Shown one piece after another: positions 62,820-64,000 of a stretch of 64,000 nucleotides of DNA. The position numbers and the translations under genes were made by a program. Where the stretch lies: positions 59,897,615 through 59,961,614 of the forward strand of contig NC_052154.1 of NCBI RefSeq assembly GCF_902713615.1. Reading direction: 5' to 3'. Position 1 is the stretch's first letter; every line of letters begins with the position of its first letter. Source of the stretch: Scyliorhinus canicula. Taxonomy: Eukaryota. A model generated the notes under the pieces. That model saw only the letters and a list, made by a program, of their open reading frames with translations. It had not been told where the DNA came from and ran no database searches.

Positions 62820-63040
62820 GAACATAGAACAGTACAGCACAGAACAGGCCCTTCGGCCCTCGATGTTGTGTCGAGCAATGATCACCCTACTCAAACCCTC
62901 GTATCCACCCTATACCCGACAACCTTCCCCCCCCCCCCCCCAACCTTACTTTTTAGGACACTACAGGCAATTTAGCATGGCCAATCCACCTAACCCGCAC
63001 ATCTTTGGACTGTGGGAGGAAACCGGAGCACCCGGAGGAG
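62820..63040 (-). mobile_element. 5'-truncated SINE with a second CR1-type tail
   Basis: SINE core plus tail CAACATCGAGGGCCGAAGGGCC...TGTTCTATGTT, matching the CR1 end at 20305-20356. Confidence 0.8.
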
Positions 63041-63501
63041 CTGTATTCTGCACAGACTGGTGACATTCCTGACTAGACTTACTTGACTCTTAAACTAGAT
63101 GCTCAAAAGTGAAACCGTACTCCTTTCCACAATATTGATTCCTTTACTTCTTAAGTACTATTTTTTGATCTTTTTAAAATAATTCAACTGGAGATGTTCT
63201 AATGCAAAAACATTCCCAAATGAGCCGAGTTGAGGCAGTTGAAAATACTGGTGAAATATTTTATTGAAAAAACACTTCAACGTGGCACTCAGTAGAATTA
63301 TTTCAGTAATAATGCTACAGATGTATAAATGGGATTCTCAGTTTGATAAATGAACTTTACTCTTGGTATTACATTTTTTTAAACCTCTGCCGTATCTACC
63401 CTCATGTCTTGTGTCAATCGGTTGTTTTTTTCCAAGGTAATGACACTAATTAAAAATAATGGGGGAAAGAGTTTGTACAGCCTTTTGTTTTTGTGTTTTA
63501 G

Positions 63502-63614
63502 GTTTGCTGCGTTGTTCTCAACCTGTGTTGGTATCACGCACTGAGACAAATTCGCGGAAGAAAACTGTTGAAGAGATTACAAAGCGTGCACAGTCCAAAG
63601 GGAAATGGCCTCAG
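63502..63614 (+). CDS. LPCAT2: LPCAT2(-like) coding exon 4
   Basis: TTTTAG acceptor; [37 protein letters not shown]; donor GTATTT; 113 nt, phase 1 to 0. Confidence 0.95.
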
Positions 63615-63723
63615 GTATTTTAATCACACGTGAATCAATGCAATTGTGTAAATTCTAAGTTTTATTAGACTTTAGTTCAGTATCAAAACTGTTTGGTTGA
63701 AGTACCATTCTTTTTCTTTCAAG

Positions 63724-63784
63724 CTGATGATTTTTCCAGAAGGCACCTGTACAAATCGCACTTGCCTTATTACTTTCAAATCAG
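63724..63784 (+). CDS. LPCAT2: LPCAT2(-like) coding exon 5 with FPEGT acyltransferase motif; gene continues beyond window
   Basis: Polypyrimidine tract plus AAG acceptor; [20 protein letters not shown]; donor GTGAGT; 61 nt. Confidence 0.95.
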
Positions 63785-64000
63785 GTGAGTAAACTGTTCT
63801 GGTTAAATTTCCATTCTTATGTCCAAGTTTTAAATATGTACTTTACACACAACCTTTCAAATTGGACTGTCATTGTCAATTTAATGGTTGTAACTGAGAA
63901 TTTCCTGCTCATTTACTAGAGAAAGAATTAAAACTAGAAAGGAGCCTTTGAAGGGATTTAAGCTTGCCTTGCTCCTACCTTTTTACTCTTTGTTTTAATG

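Overview
Vertebrate nuclear DNA, most likely a shark (inferred from HE1/V-SINE-type tRNA-derived SINEs together with CR1, L2, L1/Tx1, Rex1, RTE, Penelope-like, Gypsy and Harbinger elements). Positions 1-46 kb are almost entirely nested, mostly decayed transposable elements. From about 46.2 kb a CpG-island promoter precedes the first five coding exons of an LPCAT2-family lysophosphatidylcholine acyltransferase gene (+ strand; exons 46542-46694, 48549-48691, 59537-59757, 63502-63614, 63724-63784; continues past the window). No other host protein-coding gene could be supported. The most unusual items are: (1) a ~150-unit, indel-free, in-frame 15-bp minisatellite inside a Harbinger transposase; (2) an LPCAT promoter made of six tandem NRF1-site/GC-box modules; (3) three Penelope-type minimal hammerhead-ribozyme-like loci, one arranged as an inverted pair; (4) SINEs whose heads and tails occur in swapped combinations; (5) a twin-priming-like LINE inversion and two short inverted duplications. 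I cannot demonstrate a novel biological system from sequence alone; these are candidates. All family assignments come from motif recognition, not database searches, and element boundaries without a TSD or TIR are approximate.
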